64,000 bases of DNA from a virus, in the IMG/VR virus record IMGVR_UViG_3300042330_000433, positions 1 through 64,000 of that record; one strand, 5' to 3'. A program made the position numbers and the translations under genes. Below are positions 18,598 to 28,625 of this stretch, in pieces. Each line of letters starts with the position of its first letter. The first letter of the stretch is position 1. The notes under the pieces are model-generated. The model saw only the letters and a list, made by a program, of their open reading frames with translations. It searched no databases and was not told the DNA's origin.

Positions 18598-19176
18598 ATG
18601 GCAATAGTGTATCAACATTTAAAACCAAATGGTCAAGTTTTTTATGTGGGAATAGGTAAAGAAAAATCTAGAGCTTATTCAAAATGTAATAGAAGTAAAT
18701 ATTGGAAAAATTATATAAAAAATTGTGAGTATGAAGTTCAAATATTAAAATCTGATTTAAATTGGAATGATGCTTGTGAATTAGAAAAAATATTAATTTC
18801 ACATTATGGTCGTAAAGATTTAGGAACAGGTTTTTTAATAAATATGACAAATGGTGGTGATGGTACTTATGGTTTAATAATGTCAGAAGAATCAAATATA
18901 AAAAGAAAACTTGCAATGTCAGGTAGAACTTTTACAAAAGAACATGTTCAAAAATTACGAAATAAAAAATTAGGAACTATTCAAACAAAAGAACAAAAAA
19001 TAAATAGAGGTATTTATAAAAGTAAACAAATAATAAATACTAAAACTAATGAAATTTATAATTCAGTATTAGAACTTTCAATAATTTTAAATGTTAAAGT
19101 TAAAACATTACAAAAAAAACTTAATGGACAATTAAAAAATAATACTAATTTTAAATATACTGGAATATGGCTATAA
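18598..19176 (+). CDS. GIY-YIG-like homing endonuclease
   Basis: VYQH...FYVGIG, RAY, NMTNGGDG, NUMOD-like C-terminus. Confidence 0.85.
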   Translation: MAIVYQHLKPNGQVFYVGIGKEKSRAYSKCNRSKYWKNYIKNCEYEVQILKSDLNWNDACELEKILISHYGRKDLGTGFLINMTNGGDGTYGLIMSEESNIKRKLAMSGRTFTKEHVQKLRNKKLGTIQTKEQKINRGIYKSKQIINTKTNEIYNSVLELSIILNVKVKTLQKKLNGQLKNNTNFKYTGIWL

Positions 19177-19748
19177 TAATAAATAATTTTTCTATAATTA
19201 ATAATGGAGAAAATTTAGCAATTGATGTTGAAACAAATGTAGGATTTGAAATTTCTCATATTAATTTATGGAAAATGGATGACTTTAAAGACTATTCTTT
19301 AAAAATTAATTTAGATTATAAATTAGAACAAATAAACAACAGAGAGGTTTTTATTGTATCTGCATCAGAATTAAATATTTCTAAATTTGAAGATATATTA
19401 TTTATTGAAATAGAAAGTACTTATATCGATGAAGAAAGTAATTGTAGTACTTGTCAAGATCCTGCATTAGGAATTACTTATAATTTAGGTGGTTATATTC
19501 AATGCCTTTTAGCTTATTTTTTAGAATCCGGAATTGGAATATGTAAAGATTGTAATGACAATCCTAATAAAAATATTATGATTACAATCAATCTTTTATT
19601 AGATATGGTTGAACATGCTATTGAAGTAGGTTATTATGCACAAGCTATTCAAATGATTCATCAACTAAAAAAATTATGTTCTACTAAACAATGTAAAAAT
19701 TGTGAAACTTTAGAATGTAATTCTTGTAATAAATTTAAACAATATTAA
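19167..19748 (+). CDS. Cys-rich tail structural protein
   Basis: Tail module position; several CxxC pairs. Confidence 0.55.
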   Translation: MAIIINNFSIINNGENLAIDVETNVGFEISHINLWKMDDFKDYSLKINLDYKLEQINNREVFIVSASELNISKFEDILFIEIESTYIDEESNCSTCQDPALGITYNLGGYIQCLLAYFLESGIGICKDCNDNPNKNIMITINLLLDMVEHAIEVGYYAQAIQMIHQLKKLCSTKQCKNCETLECNSCNKFKQY

Positions 19749-19749
19749 T

Positions 19750-20457
19750 ATGTATATAAATGATAAAACACATATTTCTGTTATTATTAAATCACTTAAC
19801 AATATTTATAATCAATCTAAAATATATGGTAAATTAAATGTTGAAGATATTAATTATTTAAATATAATTTATAAATTATTAAATACATGTTATTTAGATT
19901 TATCTGTAGATGAAATTAATACTTTATCAAATTTATATGAAAATATACAATTTCATTCTAAATACATATGTCCTGTTTTAAAATATCCAAAACATATTCA
20001 AACTAAACCAACATTTGTACAAGCTGAAACAAATGATTGTAATAATAATCCTATTACAGATAGAATTTTTTATTGGGAAGATAGAAGATTTTTTGATACT
20101 GATTATAATTTAACAATTGCAACACAAGCTTCAAATACTACATTTTTGTTTGCTCAAGATTCTGAAACGTATGATTTTTTTAATGCGGGTTATGAATGGC
20201 CTCTTGAATCAGGTGATACTAGAGTAATGTGTATTAACATTTATGATATACCACAAACTAATCAATATAAGCTATATAATGAATTTGAGCAAGATGTAAC
20301 AAATTCATTTTATTATCATTATATAACACAAACAAATTCTATACTTTACATTGGTAAAATTGATGTAAATGCTTTAGAATATATTAAAATAAAAAAAATA
20401 GAATCAATTCAACCTCAAAGTATTTTTAATAATACTTTTAATAACATATTTATATAA
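19750..20457 (+). CDS. tail/fibre adaptor protein
   Basis: Tail module; C-terminal IFNNTFNNIF motif. Confidence 0.5.
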   Translation: MYINDKTHISVIIKSLNNIYNQSKIYGKLNVEDINYLNIIYKLLNTCYLDLSVDEINTLSNLYENIQFHSKYICPVLKYPKHIQTKPTFVQAETNDCNNNPITDRIFYWEDRRFFDTDYNLTIATQASNTTFLFAQDSETYDFFNAGYEWPLESGDTRVMCINIYDIPQTNQYKLYNEFEQDVTNSFYYHYITQTNSILYIGKIDVNALEYIKIKKIESIQPQSIFNNTFNNIFI

Positions 20458-21095
20458 TGCCTACAAACATTCAATTAAAACAAAGTATTGATACAGATGT
20501 GACAAATAAAACATCACCTGCTAGTATTAGTCCTACAAATGTTGGAATATCTATTAAATCAGCAATAGATTATACAGATCAACAAGATTTATTAAAAGAA
20601 GCATTGTTAAATAAATCAATTAATGTAATAACAGACGGTGCCAGTAATACTAAATATCCTAGTGTAAAAGCAATAAAAGATTATGTTGATAATAATTTAA
20701 GTACTGTTAAAGTATTAAAAACAACTATAACAAGTGCTGAAATATTAAATATATTTTCAGCACCTAAAGTTATAGTACCAGCTATTGCTGGAAAAATAAT
20801 TATTCCTACTCATATATGTATTGTTATTGATTTTAACAATACTCAATACTCAGATGTAGGAGGTTCTTGGAAAATTAGATATGGTAGTGGAAATACTGCA
20901 ATATCTACAGTAATTAATTATTTAGGTTCTGCAACATATGATCAAGAAGTATTACAAACTTTATTTTATTCATCTTTTACAACAAGTGGTTCTTTTATTA
21001 ATTCGCCAATATTATTAACTACAACAGGTAATAATCCAATAGGAGGAAACAGCGGAATTAATGTTTATGTAACTTACACAGAAATAACCTTATAA
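20457..21095 (+). CDS. short tail fibre-like protein
   Basis: ITDGASNTKYPSVKAIKDYVD fibre repeat; beta-sandwich C-terminus. Confidence 0.65.
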   Translation: MPTNIQLKQSIDTDVTNKTSPASISPTNVGISIKSAIDYTDQQDLLKEALLNKSINVITDGASNTKYPSVKAIKDYVDNNLSTVKVLKTTITSAEILNIFSAPKVIVPAIAGKIIIPTHICIVIDFNNTQYSDVGGSWKIRYGSGNTAISTVINYLGSATYDQEVLQTLFYSSFTTSGSFINSPILLTTTGNNPIGGNSGINVYVTYTEITL

Positions 21096-21115
21096 TTAAA
21101 AAAAATATTTAAATA

Positions 21116-21670
21116 ATGATAAATTGCAACGAAATACAATCTATTGTATTATATCAACACATAAGATTAGATAAAAATAAAGTATTTTATATTGGTATTG
21201 GTAAGAAAAAAAGAGCATACGATAAAATAACTAGAAATAAATATTGGAAAAATATTGTTAATAAAACTCAATATGAAGTTCAAATATTAAAATCTGATTT
21301 AACTTGGAATGATGCTTGTGAATTAGAAAAAATATTAATTGATTATTATGGTCGTAAAGATTTAAATACTGGAATCTTGTGTAATATGACAAATGGTGGA
21401 GAAGGACGATTTAATTCAAGAAATTCAAATGAATCTATAGAAAAAACTAGATTATCACATGTTGGTAAAATAGTTTCAGAAGAAACAAAATTAAAAATGT
21501 CTAAATCCAGTTATAAAAATAAAAAAGTTATAGATACTATTACTAATATAGAATATAGATCTGCAAAAGAAGTGTCTGATTTGTTTAATATAAATCAAAA
21601 TACATTAAGATGTTATTTAATAGGCACTAGAAAAAATAAAACAACCTTTAAATATATAAACAATGATTAA
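21116..21670 (+). CDS. GIY-YIG-like homing endonuclease
   Basis: LYQH...FYIGIG, RAY, NMTNGGEG, SEETKLKMS. Confidence 0.85.
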   Translation: MINCNEIQSIVLYQHIRLDKNKVFYIGIGKKKRAYDKITRNKYWKNIVNKTQYEVQILKSDLTWNDACELEKILIDYYGRKDLNTGILCNMTNGGEGRFNSRNSNESIEKTRLSHVGKIVSEETKLKMSKSSYKNKKVIDTITNIEYRSAKEVSDLFNINQNTLRCYLIGTRKNKTTFKYINND

Positions 21671-24341
21671 TTGTTCAGAAATACAACAAAATATAAATGC
21701 ATTACTGATAGCATTTGCAGATTGTAACAAAATAAAAAATTCAGATTTAACTACTTTAGTAGAATTAATACAAGCTTTAAATGACTGTGATTCTTCAGGG
21801 AGTTTAGAACAAGATAATAAATTTGTAATAATTAATTATACATTAGCTCAAATAGGAGCTACTTCTTTTGAAGATGATATTGAAACATTATTAGCTGAAT
21901 ATATTGTATTACAAAACATTGAAGTTAATGAAATACAATTATATATATTTAAAATACAAGATGGTTTAAATAACCAAATATATATTTTAAATAATAAAGG
22001 TAAAGGTGAACTTAATGATATTAATAATGATGATTTGTTTTTATTAGTAAACGACACTAATAGAAGTAATTATATCAAATCTAATGAAAGTTTAGCTTTA
22101 GCTCAAAGAGTAGATAATACTTTATATGGTATTTTAGACCAATACACAGGAGAAGAAATTACTTTAGAAAAAACCACTAATACTAATGACGCTGATGGTA
22201 TTATTTATTTTGATTTAGGAGCTGAAAAATTTAAAAGAGTTTTTACTTTTTTAAATGTAAAATGGTTTGGTGCAAAAGGAGATGGTGTTACTGATGATAC
22301 AATTGCTTTTAGAAATGCTAATTCAACAGCCTACAATTTTAATGGAGTAAATTCAAATCAAAATCCAAATATTGTAGTTAGGACTTCAATTAGTTTAATT
22401 ATACCTAGTGGAGTTTATATTGTAAAAGGAGATAGGATATTAGGTTCTCCTTTAGAAAAAGATGATACCGCTATTTTTGATAATAGAATTGCATTTAACT
22501 TAATATCTGATTCAGCTACTATAAAATGGGATATTTTAAATTCTTCGGATGTATTATTTAATTTTGATGGAACAATAGATAATCCATTTGTAAAAGGATT
22601 AAATATACTAACAACATCTGAAAGCAATACAATTGAAGTTGGAGGTACTATTTTTAATTTTTATAGCAATACATCTCCAGGAGAAAGCGGAGCTTCTAAA
22701 AGTCATTTTGAGGATGTTTACGTTTTGAGTGGTTTAGCAACATCTAATCCTAGTTTTGCTACTAAACCAGAAGTGATTTTTAATATTACAGGAAACACTC
22801 AAGCCGACCAGGGTTTGATTTTAAACTGTAGGTTTTCTTATTTTAAAACTTTTTTTAAGTGCGAAAATCAAGAAGCTGTTAGTTGGAGTGTTTATAATTC
22901 TGGTTTTTTTGGAGGTGGAGTTCCTAATTGCATTTATTTTGATTTTGAAGCAATGGGAGATAGCTTTAATGTTTCTAATTGTTCTTTTAGTGTTTCTACA
23001 GATGAAATATTGTTAAAAACAAGAGCTAAAATTGTAGGAGGTATTTCTACTCAAACAGGAGGTTTTGGATTTAATTTTGATAATAATAGAATTGAGATAT
23101 ATGGGGATGCTGATGATTCTTGGTTTTTAACTGACATGGATTTTGGTAGATTGAATTTTAGAAATACCAATTTTCTTTTAGGTTCTGGAACGGCTGTTAA
23201 AACAATAATTTCTACTTTTGGACAAGCAAGTGTTAATTTTGAAAATACAATATTTAACGAGGCTGAATTTAGAATGCCTATATTAACAACGCCTTATATA
23301 ACTGGAAATTCTTTATCTTATGGTGGTGTTTTTCAAAATTGTGCTTTTTTAAATGATTTGGTAGAATTTAAGTATTATGATGGAACAACTATTTATCCTT
23401 TAAAAGATATTTTAATATCAGATTTATTATATAGAAGTGTATTAGTTAAAAATTGTCATTATTATAGCGGAAATGGTTTTTTAAATTTTGAAATATCAAA
23501 TAACAATGAATTTTTAGACATTGCACCAAAAAATAATGAAATTATTTCTTTATCTAAAAACGGAGTGGCACTTACTAATACTTTTATTTTACCTCCTTAT
23601 CAAATATTAAAAAATATAAGCATTTCAATAGGAATACTCCCTTCTACTTTTGACAAGTTTAGAATTTATTTTGGAGATAAGACTATTTATAATAATTATA
23701 TAGATGTGGATAATCCAAGACCAGGAGAAGTTAAGTCTAATTTAGTTTTGTTTTCGGGGATGGCTACAGTTTTTACGAAAAACTTAAATCACCAATCTAT
23801 AACTGTTTATGCTTTAGATTCAGGAGTAGAAGCAGGTGCGTTAATATCGTCTTTAACAATTGAATACGAAGCTATTGATTGTAATTTATTAGGAATAGCA
23901 GATAACGATGATGTTATAATAGTTAATCAAAACACAAAAGAATTTTCAATACCTTTATTCTCAAAAGGATTTACAGCAACAGGTTCAAATAGCTATAATG
24001 GTAGTTTAAACTTTAATTTTTTTAATTTTATAACTGATGATTTAGCTTACTATGGAGGTGGAGCTGTAAGACAGTTTTCCGTAGATCCTAACGGTAATGG
24101 AATGTTTAATGGAAAAGTTTCTGGAGCAGCCGCAACTGCTTCAAATGATTTTATAAATTTAGGTCAACTAACTGCTGTAAACACAACTACTTCTTTATTG
24201 AGTTTAGCTACATTAAACGCTACTTATCCAGCAGCATTTTCAGGATTTGAAGTGCATTGTAGATTGATTTCTACTGGTCCAATAATTTATAAAAAAGATG
24301 TAAGTGGATGGTTAGAAATAAAACCAACTATTGTTGTGTAA
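21663..24341 (+). CDS. tailspike / receptor-binding protein with beta-helix (pectate-lyase-like) depolymerase domain
   Basis: LNVKWFGAKGDGVTDDTIAF followed by N/F/G-rich beta-helix repeats. Confidence 0.8.
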   Translation: MINCSEIQQNINALLIAFADCNKIKNSDLTTLVELIQALNDCDSSGSLEQDNKFVIINYTLAQIGATSFEDDIETLLAEYIVLQNIEVNEIQLYIFKIQDGLNNQIYILNNKGKGELNDINNDDLFLLVNDTNRSNYIKSNESLALAQRVDNTLYGILDQYTGEEITLEKTTNTNDADGIIYFDLGAEKFKRVFTFLNVKWFGAKGDGVTDDTIAFRNANSTAYNFNGVNSNQNPNIVVRTSISLIIPSGVYIVKGDRILGSPLEKDDTAIFDNRIAFNLISDSATIKWDILNSSDVLFNFDGTIDNPFVKGLNILTTSESNTIEVGGTIFNFYSNTSPGESGASKSHFEDVYVLSGLATSNPSFATKPEVIFNITGNTQADQGLILNCRFSYFKTFFKCENQEAVSWSVYNSGFFGGGVPNCIYFDFEAMGDSFNVSNCSFSVSTDEILLKTRAKIVGGISTQTGGFGFNFDNNRIEIYGDADDSWFLTDMDFGRLNFRNTNFLLGSGTAVKTIISTFGQASVNFENTIFNEAEFRMPILTTPYITGNSLSYGGVFQNCAFLNDLVEFKYYDGTTIYPLKDILISDLLYRSVLVKNCHYYSGNGFLNFEISNNNEFLDIAPKNNEIISLSKNGVALTNTFILPPYQILKNISISIGILPSTFDKFRIYFGDKTIYNNYIDVDNPRPGEVKSNLVLFSGMATVFTKNLNHQSITVYALDSGVEAGALISSLTIEYEAIDCNLLGIADNDDVIIVNQNTKEFSIPLFSKGFTATGSNSYNGSLNFNFFNFITDDLAYYGGGAVRQFSVDPNGNGMFNGKVSGAAATASNDFINLGQLTAVNTTTSLLSLATLNATYPAAFSGFEVHCRLISTGPIIYKKDVSGWLEIKPTIVV

Positions 24342-24363
24342 TTAATTATTAATAAATATAAAA

Positions 24364-24477
24364 ATGGCAAATGCAATTTTCAACTTTTTTAAAACTAAAA
24401 TAATAGATGAAAATAATTTAGTATCTATTGGTAAACCATCTATAATAAATGTATTAGTGCAAGAAATAACACTATAA
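24364..24477 (+). CDS. 37-aa mini-ORF, possible remnant paralogue of 20457..21095
   Basis: MANAIFNFFKTK...INVLVQEITL* versus ...INVYVTYTEITL*. Confidence 0.4.
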   Translation: MANAIFNFFKTKIIDENNLVSIGKPSIINVLVQEITL

Positions 24478-24508
24478 AATAATTAATAAACTAACTAAAA
24501 CAATAAGA

Positions 24509-24880
24509 ATGATAGATAGCGGAGATGCTAAGGATATCGCAATTAAAGTTATTGATACAGAACCTAAGAATAGATCTTGGGTTCTGTCTTTAATATTAAT
24601 GGTAATAATGGCTACAGGTAATTTCTTTTTTTATTCAAGAGCTAATAAAGCTGAAGAAAGAGAAAATGAAGTAAAAAGAGAATTATCAATCCAAAAAGCA
24701 TTAAACCTTTCAGATAGTAAAGATTGTTTAAAAGCAATCAGAGAAGCTGAAAAAAATAAAGAAATTGAAAACAAAGCTGAATTAGATAATCTTAGAGATA
24801 ACTACAATAAAGAACTAAAAGAAAAAGCTGATAAATTAGAAAAAGATTTAAATAGAATACGTAAAAAATTAGAAGAATGA
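24509..24880 (+). CDS. membrane-anchored coiled-coil lysis protein (holin- or i-spanin-like)
   Basis: One TM segment plus coiled coil, just upstream of the endolysin. Confidence 0.55.
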   Translation: MIDSGDAKDIAIKVIDTEPKNRSWVLSLILMVIMATGNFFFYSRANKAEERENEVKRELSIQKALNLSDSKDCLKAIREAEKNKEIENKAELDNLRDNYNKELKEKADKLEKDLNRIRKKLEE

Positions 24881-25065
24881 AGAAATTAGAATTAATATTT
24901 GTTTCATTTATTTTTTTAATATGTACAAGTTATAATCAAGATACTAAATTAACACTAGATGAAGAAACTTTACAAATTAAAGAAAGTTTAGATAAAACAG
25001 AAAAAGGATTAATTGAAATTGAAAAAATTTTAAATGATCCTTATTACAAACATAAAATTAAATAA
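24877..25065 (+). CDS. small exported/lipoprotein-like lysis protein
   Basis: MKK, hydrophobic stretch, Cys17; ATGA overlap with the previous gene. Confidence 0.45.
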   Translation: MKKLELIFVSFIFLICTSYNQDTKLTLDEETLQIKESLDKTEKGLIEIEKILNDPYYKHKIK

Positions 25066-25067
25066 TT

Positions 25068-25532
25068 ATGATTACTACAAAAGAAGCAATTACTAAATAT
25101 GGAAAACCAACTCAAGAAGGAAAATATTTAGTATCGATTGATTTACCATATCCAATGAGATTAGCATGGGATTTAAAAACTACAGTTAATAAAATGAGAT
25201 GTCATAAATTAGTTGCTGATAATTTTAAAAAAGTATTTTTAGAATTAAAAGAAGTATATGGTTATGAAAAATTAAAAGAATTAGGAATTGATTTATTTGG
25301 TGGTTGTTTTAATTTTAGAGCAATGCGTGGAGGTTCAGATTATTCTCGTCATAGTTGGGGAATAGCAATTGATTTAGATCCTGAAAGAAATTTATTAAAA
25401 GAAACTTCAAAAACAGCAAGATTTGCACGTCCAGAATATAAAGCAATGATAGATATTTTCTACAAACATGGATTTGTTTCTTTAGGACGTGAAAAAAATT
25501 ATGATTGGATGCATTTTGAAATAAAAAATTAA
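25068..25532 (+). CDS. endolysin, M15-family Zn peptidase
   Basis: [21 protein letters not shown]. Confidence 0.9.
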   Translation: MITTKEAITKYGKPTQEGKYLVSIDLPYPMRLAWDLKTTVNKMRCHKLVADNFKKVFLELKEVYGYEKLKELGIDLFGGCFNFRAMRGGSDYSRHSWGIAIDLDPERNLLKETSKTARFARPEYKAMIDIFYKHGFVSLGREKNYDWMHFEIKN

Positions 25533-25534
25533 AT

Positions 25535-26137
25535 ATGAATACAAATATAAAATATATTATAATTGGAATAGCAATTTTACTGTTATCTTTTTTTATAGGT
25601 AGATGGACTAGTCCAAAAGAAATTAAAAATATCAAAGTAACTGTACCTGAAATATCAGGTAAATCACCTATTATAATCAATCCTAAGCCACTTATTCAAG
25701 TAAAAGATAGTTTGATATACAAAGACAGTTTAATTGTCACAGAAAACCCTTTTAATAAAGAATTAGCTGATAAATATATTAGTTTAGAATCTGAAACAGC
25801 ACGTTTAAAAGAATATATAAATTCAATTCAAATTAGAAAATATCAAATTCCTTTTGAAAATGATACTATTAAAATTGTTGGTGATGTTGAAGTACAAGGT
25901 ACATTAAATTCTTTAAAATATAATTGGACAATTAAAGAAAGAAAATTAGATGTTCCTGTAAAAATTAATAAATCAACTTTTAAAGTATTAGTTGGTGGTG
26001 GTATATCTAACACTAAAGAATTAGATAAATTTAACTTTACTGGTAATGCAGGTATTCAAACAACAAATGGTAATGTTATATTAGGTGGTTATAGTTTTGA
26101 TCAATCTATATCATTAACATATTTAATAAAATTATAA
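25535..26137 (+). CDS. putative spanin-like protein
   Basis: N-terminal TM anchor, C-terminal amphipathic beta strands, directly after the endolysin. Confidence 0.5.
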   Translation: MNTNIKYIIIGIAILLLSFFIGRWTSPKEIKNIKVTVPEISGKSPIIINPKPLIQVKDSLIYKDSLIVTENPFNKELADKYISLESETARLKEYINSIQIRKYQIPFENDTIKIVGDVEVQGTLNSLKYNWTIKERKLDVPVKINKSTFKVLVGGGISNTKELDKFNFTGNAGIQTTNGNVILGGYSFDQSISLTYLIKL

Positions 26138-26379
26138 TGAAAATAAGTACACTAGATGGTGAATTTTTTATACTTAATGGTTTACCATACAAAATAAATG
26201 ATCATTCATATACTTTTTTAAGTGAAAGATTTGATATAGTTAATAAATATACAGGTATATCATTGTTAACAAGAGGTTCACATTATTCAAATGTGGAAGT
26301 TAACACAATATTTTATAATACAATTGAAGATTTTGGTCTTGCAATAATACCTGTTTTTACAACTAGAAAAGTTGTTTAA
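26137..26379 (+). CDS. hypothetical protein
   Basis: TAATG-coupled 80-aa ORF. Confidence 0.6.
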   Translation: MKISTLDGEFFILNGLPYKINDHSYTFLSERFDIVNKYTGISLLTRGSHYSNVEVNTIFYNTIEDFGLAIIPVFTTRKVV

Positions 26380-26408
26380 AATATTTATATAAAATAATTA
26401 CAAAAAAA

Positions 26409-26440
26409 TTAGGATATGTTAAATATTTTTTGTATATTTG
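26409..26440 (+). promoter_or_regulatory. Bacteroidetes sigma promoter
   Basis: TTAG(26409)-N20-TATATTTG(26433). Confidence 0.8.
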
Positions 26441-26465
26441 CATATAAATTATTAAAAAATAAAAT

Positions 26466-27398
26466 ATGAATTTATTAGAAATTAAAGAATTTTTACGAAA
26501 TCGTCCAGGATATATTAAAGAAGGTGGTAAAAGATTAAGAGATCATTTAAGAAATAAAGGTTTTGAAACTACAATAAAAGATTGTAAAGAAGCTTTAAGA
26601 CAATGTAGACAAGAAAATACAAACATTACAAATAAAGTTAAAACAAAAACAGCAAGAGTATTAATTTATGATTTAGAAACATCACCTAATATTGGTTGGT
26701 TTTGGAGAGCTGGTTATAAACAAAATATAATGCCTAATCAAATTACAAAAGAAAGAGCTATTATATGTGTATCATATAAATGGTTAGGTGAAGATCAAGT
26801 TTATAATTTATCTTGGGATAAAAATCAAAATGATAAATTTTTAATTGAACAATTTGTAGAAGTATTAAATGAAGCAGATTTAATTGTAGCTCACAACGGA
26901 GATAATTTTGATATTAAATGGTTAAAAACTAGAGCTTTATATCATAGAATTCCAATGCTTCCAAATTATAAACAATTTGATACTTTAAAATTAGCTAAAT
27001 CTAAATTATATTTAAATTCAAATAGATTAGATTATATATCTAAATTTTTAGGATTTGAAGGTAAAATACAAACTACACCTGATTTATGGAATAAAGTAGT
27101 TATGTTAAATGATAGATCTGCAATGAAAGATATGTTAGATTATTGTGATGAAGATGTTAGACAACTTGAAAAAGTATATAATGAATTACAATATTTAGAT
27201 AACCCTAGAGTTCATGCAGGTGTTTTAAATGGTGAAGTTAAATACAGTTCACCAATTAGTGGTAATTACAATTTAGAATTAGTTAAATCAGTAACTACTA
27301 ATACAGGAACTATTAAAAGAATAATGAAAGATTTAGACAATGATAGAATATTTGAAATGTCTAATACAAACTATTTAAAATATAAATTAAATAAATAA
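26466..27398 (+). CDS. DEDD 3'-5' exonuclease (PolB-exo/RNase H-like)
   Basis: YDLETS (ExoI), AHNGDNFD (ExoII), YCDEDV (ExoIII). Confidence 0.85.
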   Translation: MNLLEIKEFLRNRPGYIKEGGKRLRDHLRNKGFETTIKDCKEALRQCRQENTNITNKVKTKTARVLIYDLETSPNIGWFWRAGYKQNIMPNQITKERAIICVSYKWLGEDQVYNLSWDKNQNDKFLIEQFVEVLNEADLIVAHNGDNFDIKWLKTRALYHRIPMLPNYKQFDTLKLAKSKLYLNSNRLDYISKFLGFEGKIQTTPDLWNKVVMLNDRSAMKDMLDYCDEDVRQLEKVYNELQYLDNPRVHAGVLNGEVKYSSPISGNYNLELVKSVTTNTGTIKRIMKDLDNDRIFEMSNTNYLKYKLNK

Positions 27399-27406
27399 AT
27401 ATTAAC

Positions 27407-27445
27407 GAAGCCTCTTGACTCATTGTTGAGAGGCTTCTGTTTTTT
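27407..27445 (+). terminator. intrinsic terminator
   Basis: GAAGCCTCTT...GAGAGGCTTC followed by TGTTTTTT. Confidence 0.85.
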
Positions 27446-27453
27446 ATAGATAT

Positions 27454-27939
27454 ATGAAAATTTGTAATAAATGTAAATTGGAAAAAGACTTTATAGAATT
27501 TTATAAAAATAATGCAACTAAAGATAATTATACTTATTATTGTAAAGATTGTATAAAAAAATATAAAGAGGATAATAAAGATAAAATTAATAAAAAAAGA
27601 AGAGAATATAAATTAAAACAAAAATTAATTAATCCTAAGTTTAATTTAATAAAAAATTTAAGACATAGAATAGGAATGGCTTTTAAAGCTAAATATTGGA
27701 GAAAAGATAATACAACTCAATATATATTAGGTTCTGATTTTAATACTGTTAAAGAATATTTAGAATCTAAATTTTTAGAAAATATGTCTTGGGAAAATAG
27801 AAATTTATGGCATATAGATCATATCATTCCTTTATCTTTAGCAAATACTGAAGAAGAATTAATAAAATTATGCCATTACACAAATCTTCAACCACTTTGG
27901 GCAGAAGATAATATTAAAAAATCAAATAAATTAATATGA
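27454..27939 (+). CDS. HNH homing endonuclease with Zn ribbon
   Basis: CNKC...CKDC, MSWEN, WHIDHIIPL, HYTNLQPLWAEDNIKK. Confidence 0.9.
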   Translation: MKICNKCKLEKDFIEFYKNNATKDNYTYYCKDCIKKYKEDNKDKINKKRREYKLKQKLINPKFNLIKNLRHRIGMAFKAKYWRKDNTTQYILGSDFNTVKEYLESKFLENMSWENRNLWHIDHIIPLSLANTEEELIKLCHYTNLQPLWAEDNIKKSNKLI

Positions 27940-28625
27940 TATTAGAAAAAATTATTTATGACGTAAGAGAGTCATTAAAACAGTATACTGATGATTCAGA
28001 ATTATCAAATGAATATATTACATATTTGTATGGTATTAAACGCGCAAAATATCTTCGCCAAGATTTGAACAATTATCAAAGAACTACAGATTTATCTATC
28101 ACCCAAACATTATGTTTAGGATTAGAGGAAGTTTCAGTTAATGAATGTGGTTTAGATTTTGATTGTGAAACTATATTAAGAACTAAAAAACAAATACCTC
28201 AACCATTAGAATTACATATTAAATCAGCTTTAACAACTGTTAAACCAACTGTTAGAACAGCTATACCTTTTAATTTTGTAAGTAAGCAACGTGCTATATA
28301 TAGTAAAAATTCACCTTTTAATAAAGCTGTATTTGCTTTTTTAGATAATGATAGATATATTTACATATTGAGTACAAATAATGCTCATAAATTAATAGAG
28401 TGTTTAACAATTACTGGTATATTTGAAGATCCATTAGAATTATTAAATTATACAAATTGTTGTGATTGTAATGATGCTATACCTTGTTTTAATAAAATGA
28501 CAAGTAATTATCCATTACAACCTCATTATATTGATTTAATTAAAAATGAAATTGTAAGTGAAGAACTTAAAAAATTAAGAATTTCAGAAGATGAAATAAA
28601 TAATAGTGTAGATGACAAGCAATAA
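27936..28625 (+). CDS. tail ring protein
   Basis: ITGIFEDP and YPL motifs; tail module synteny. Confidence 0.65.
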   Translation: MILEKIIYDVRESLKQYTDDSELSNEYITYLYGIKRAKYLRQDLNNYQRTTDLSITQTLCLGLEEVSVNECGLDFDCETILRTKKQIPQPLELHIKSALTTVKPTVRTAIPFNFVSKQRAIYSKNSPFNKAVFAFLDNDRYIYILSTNNAHKLIECLTITGIFEDPLELLNYTNCCDCNDAIPCFNKMTSNYPLQPHYIDLIKNEIVSEELKKLRISEDEINNSVDDKQ

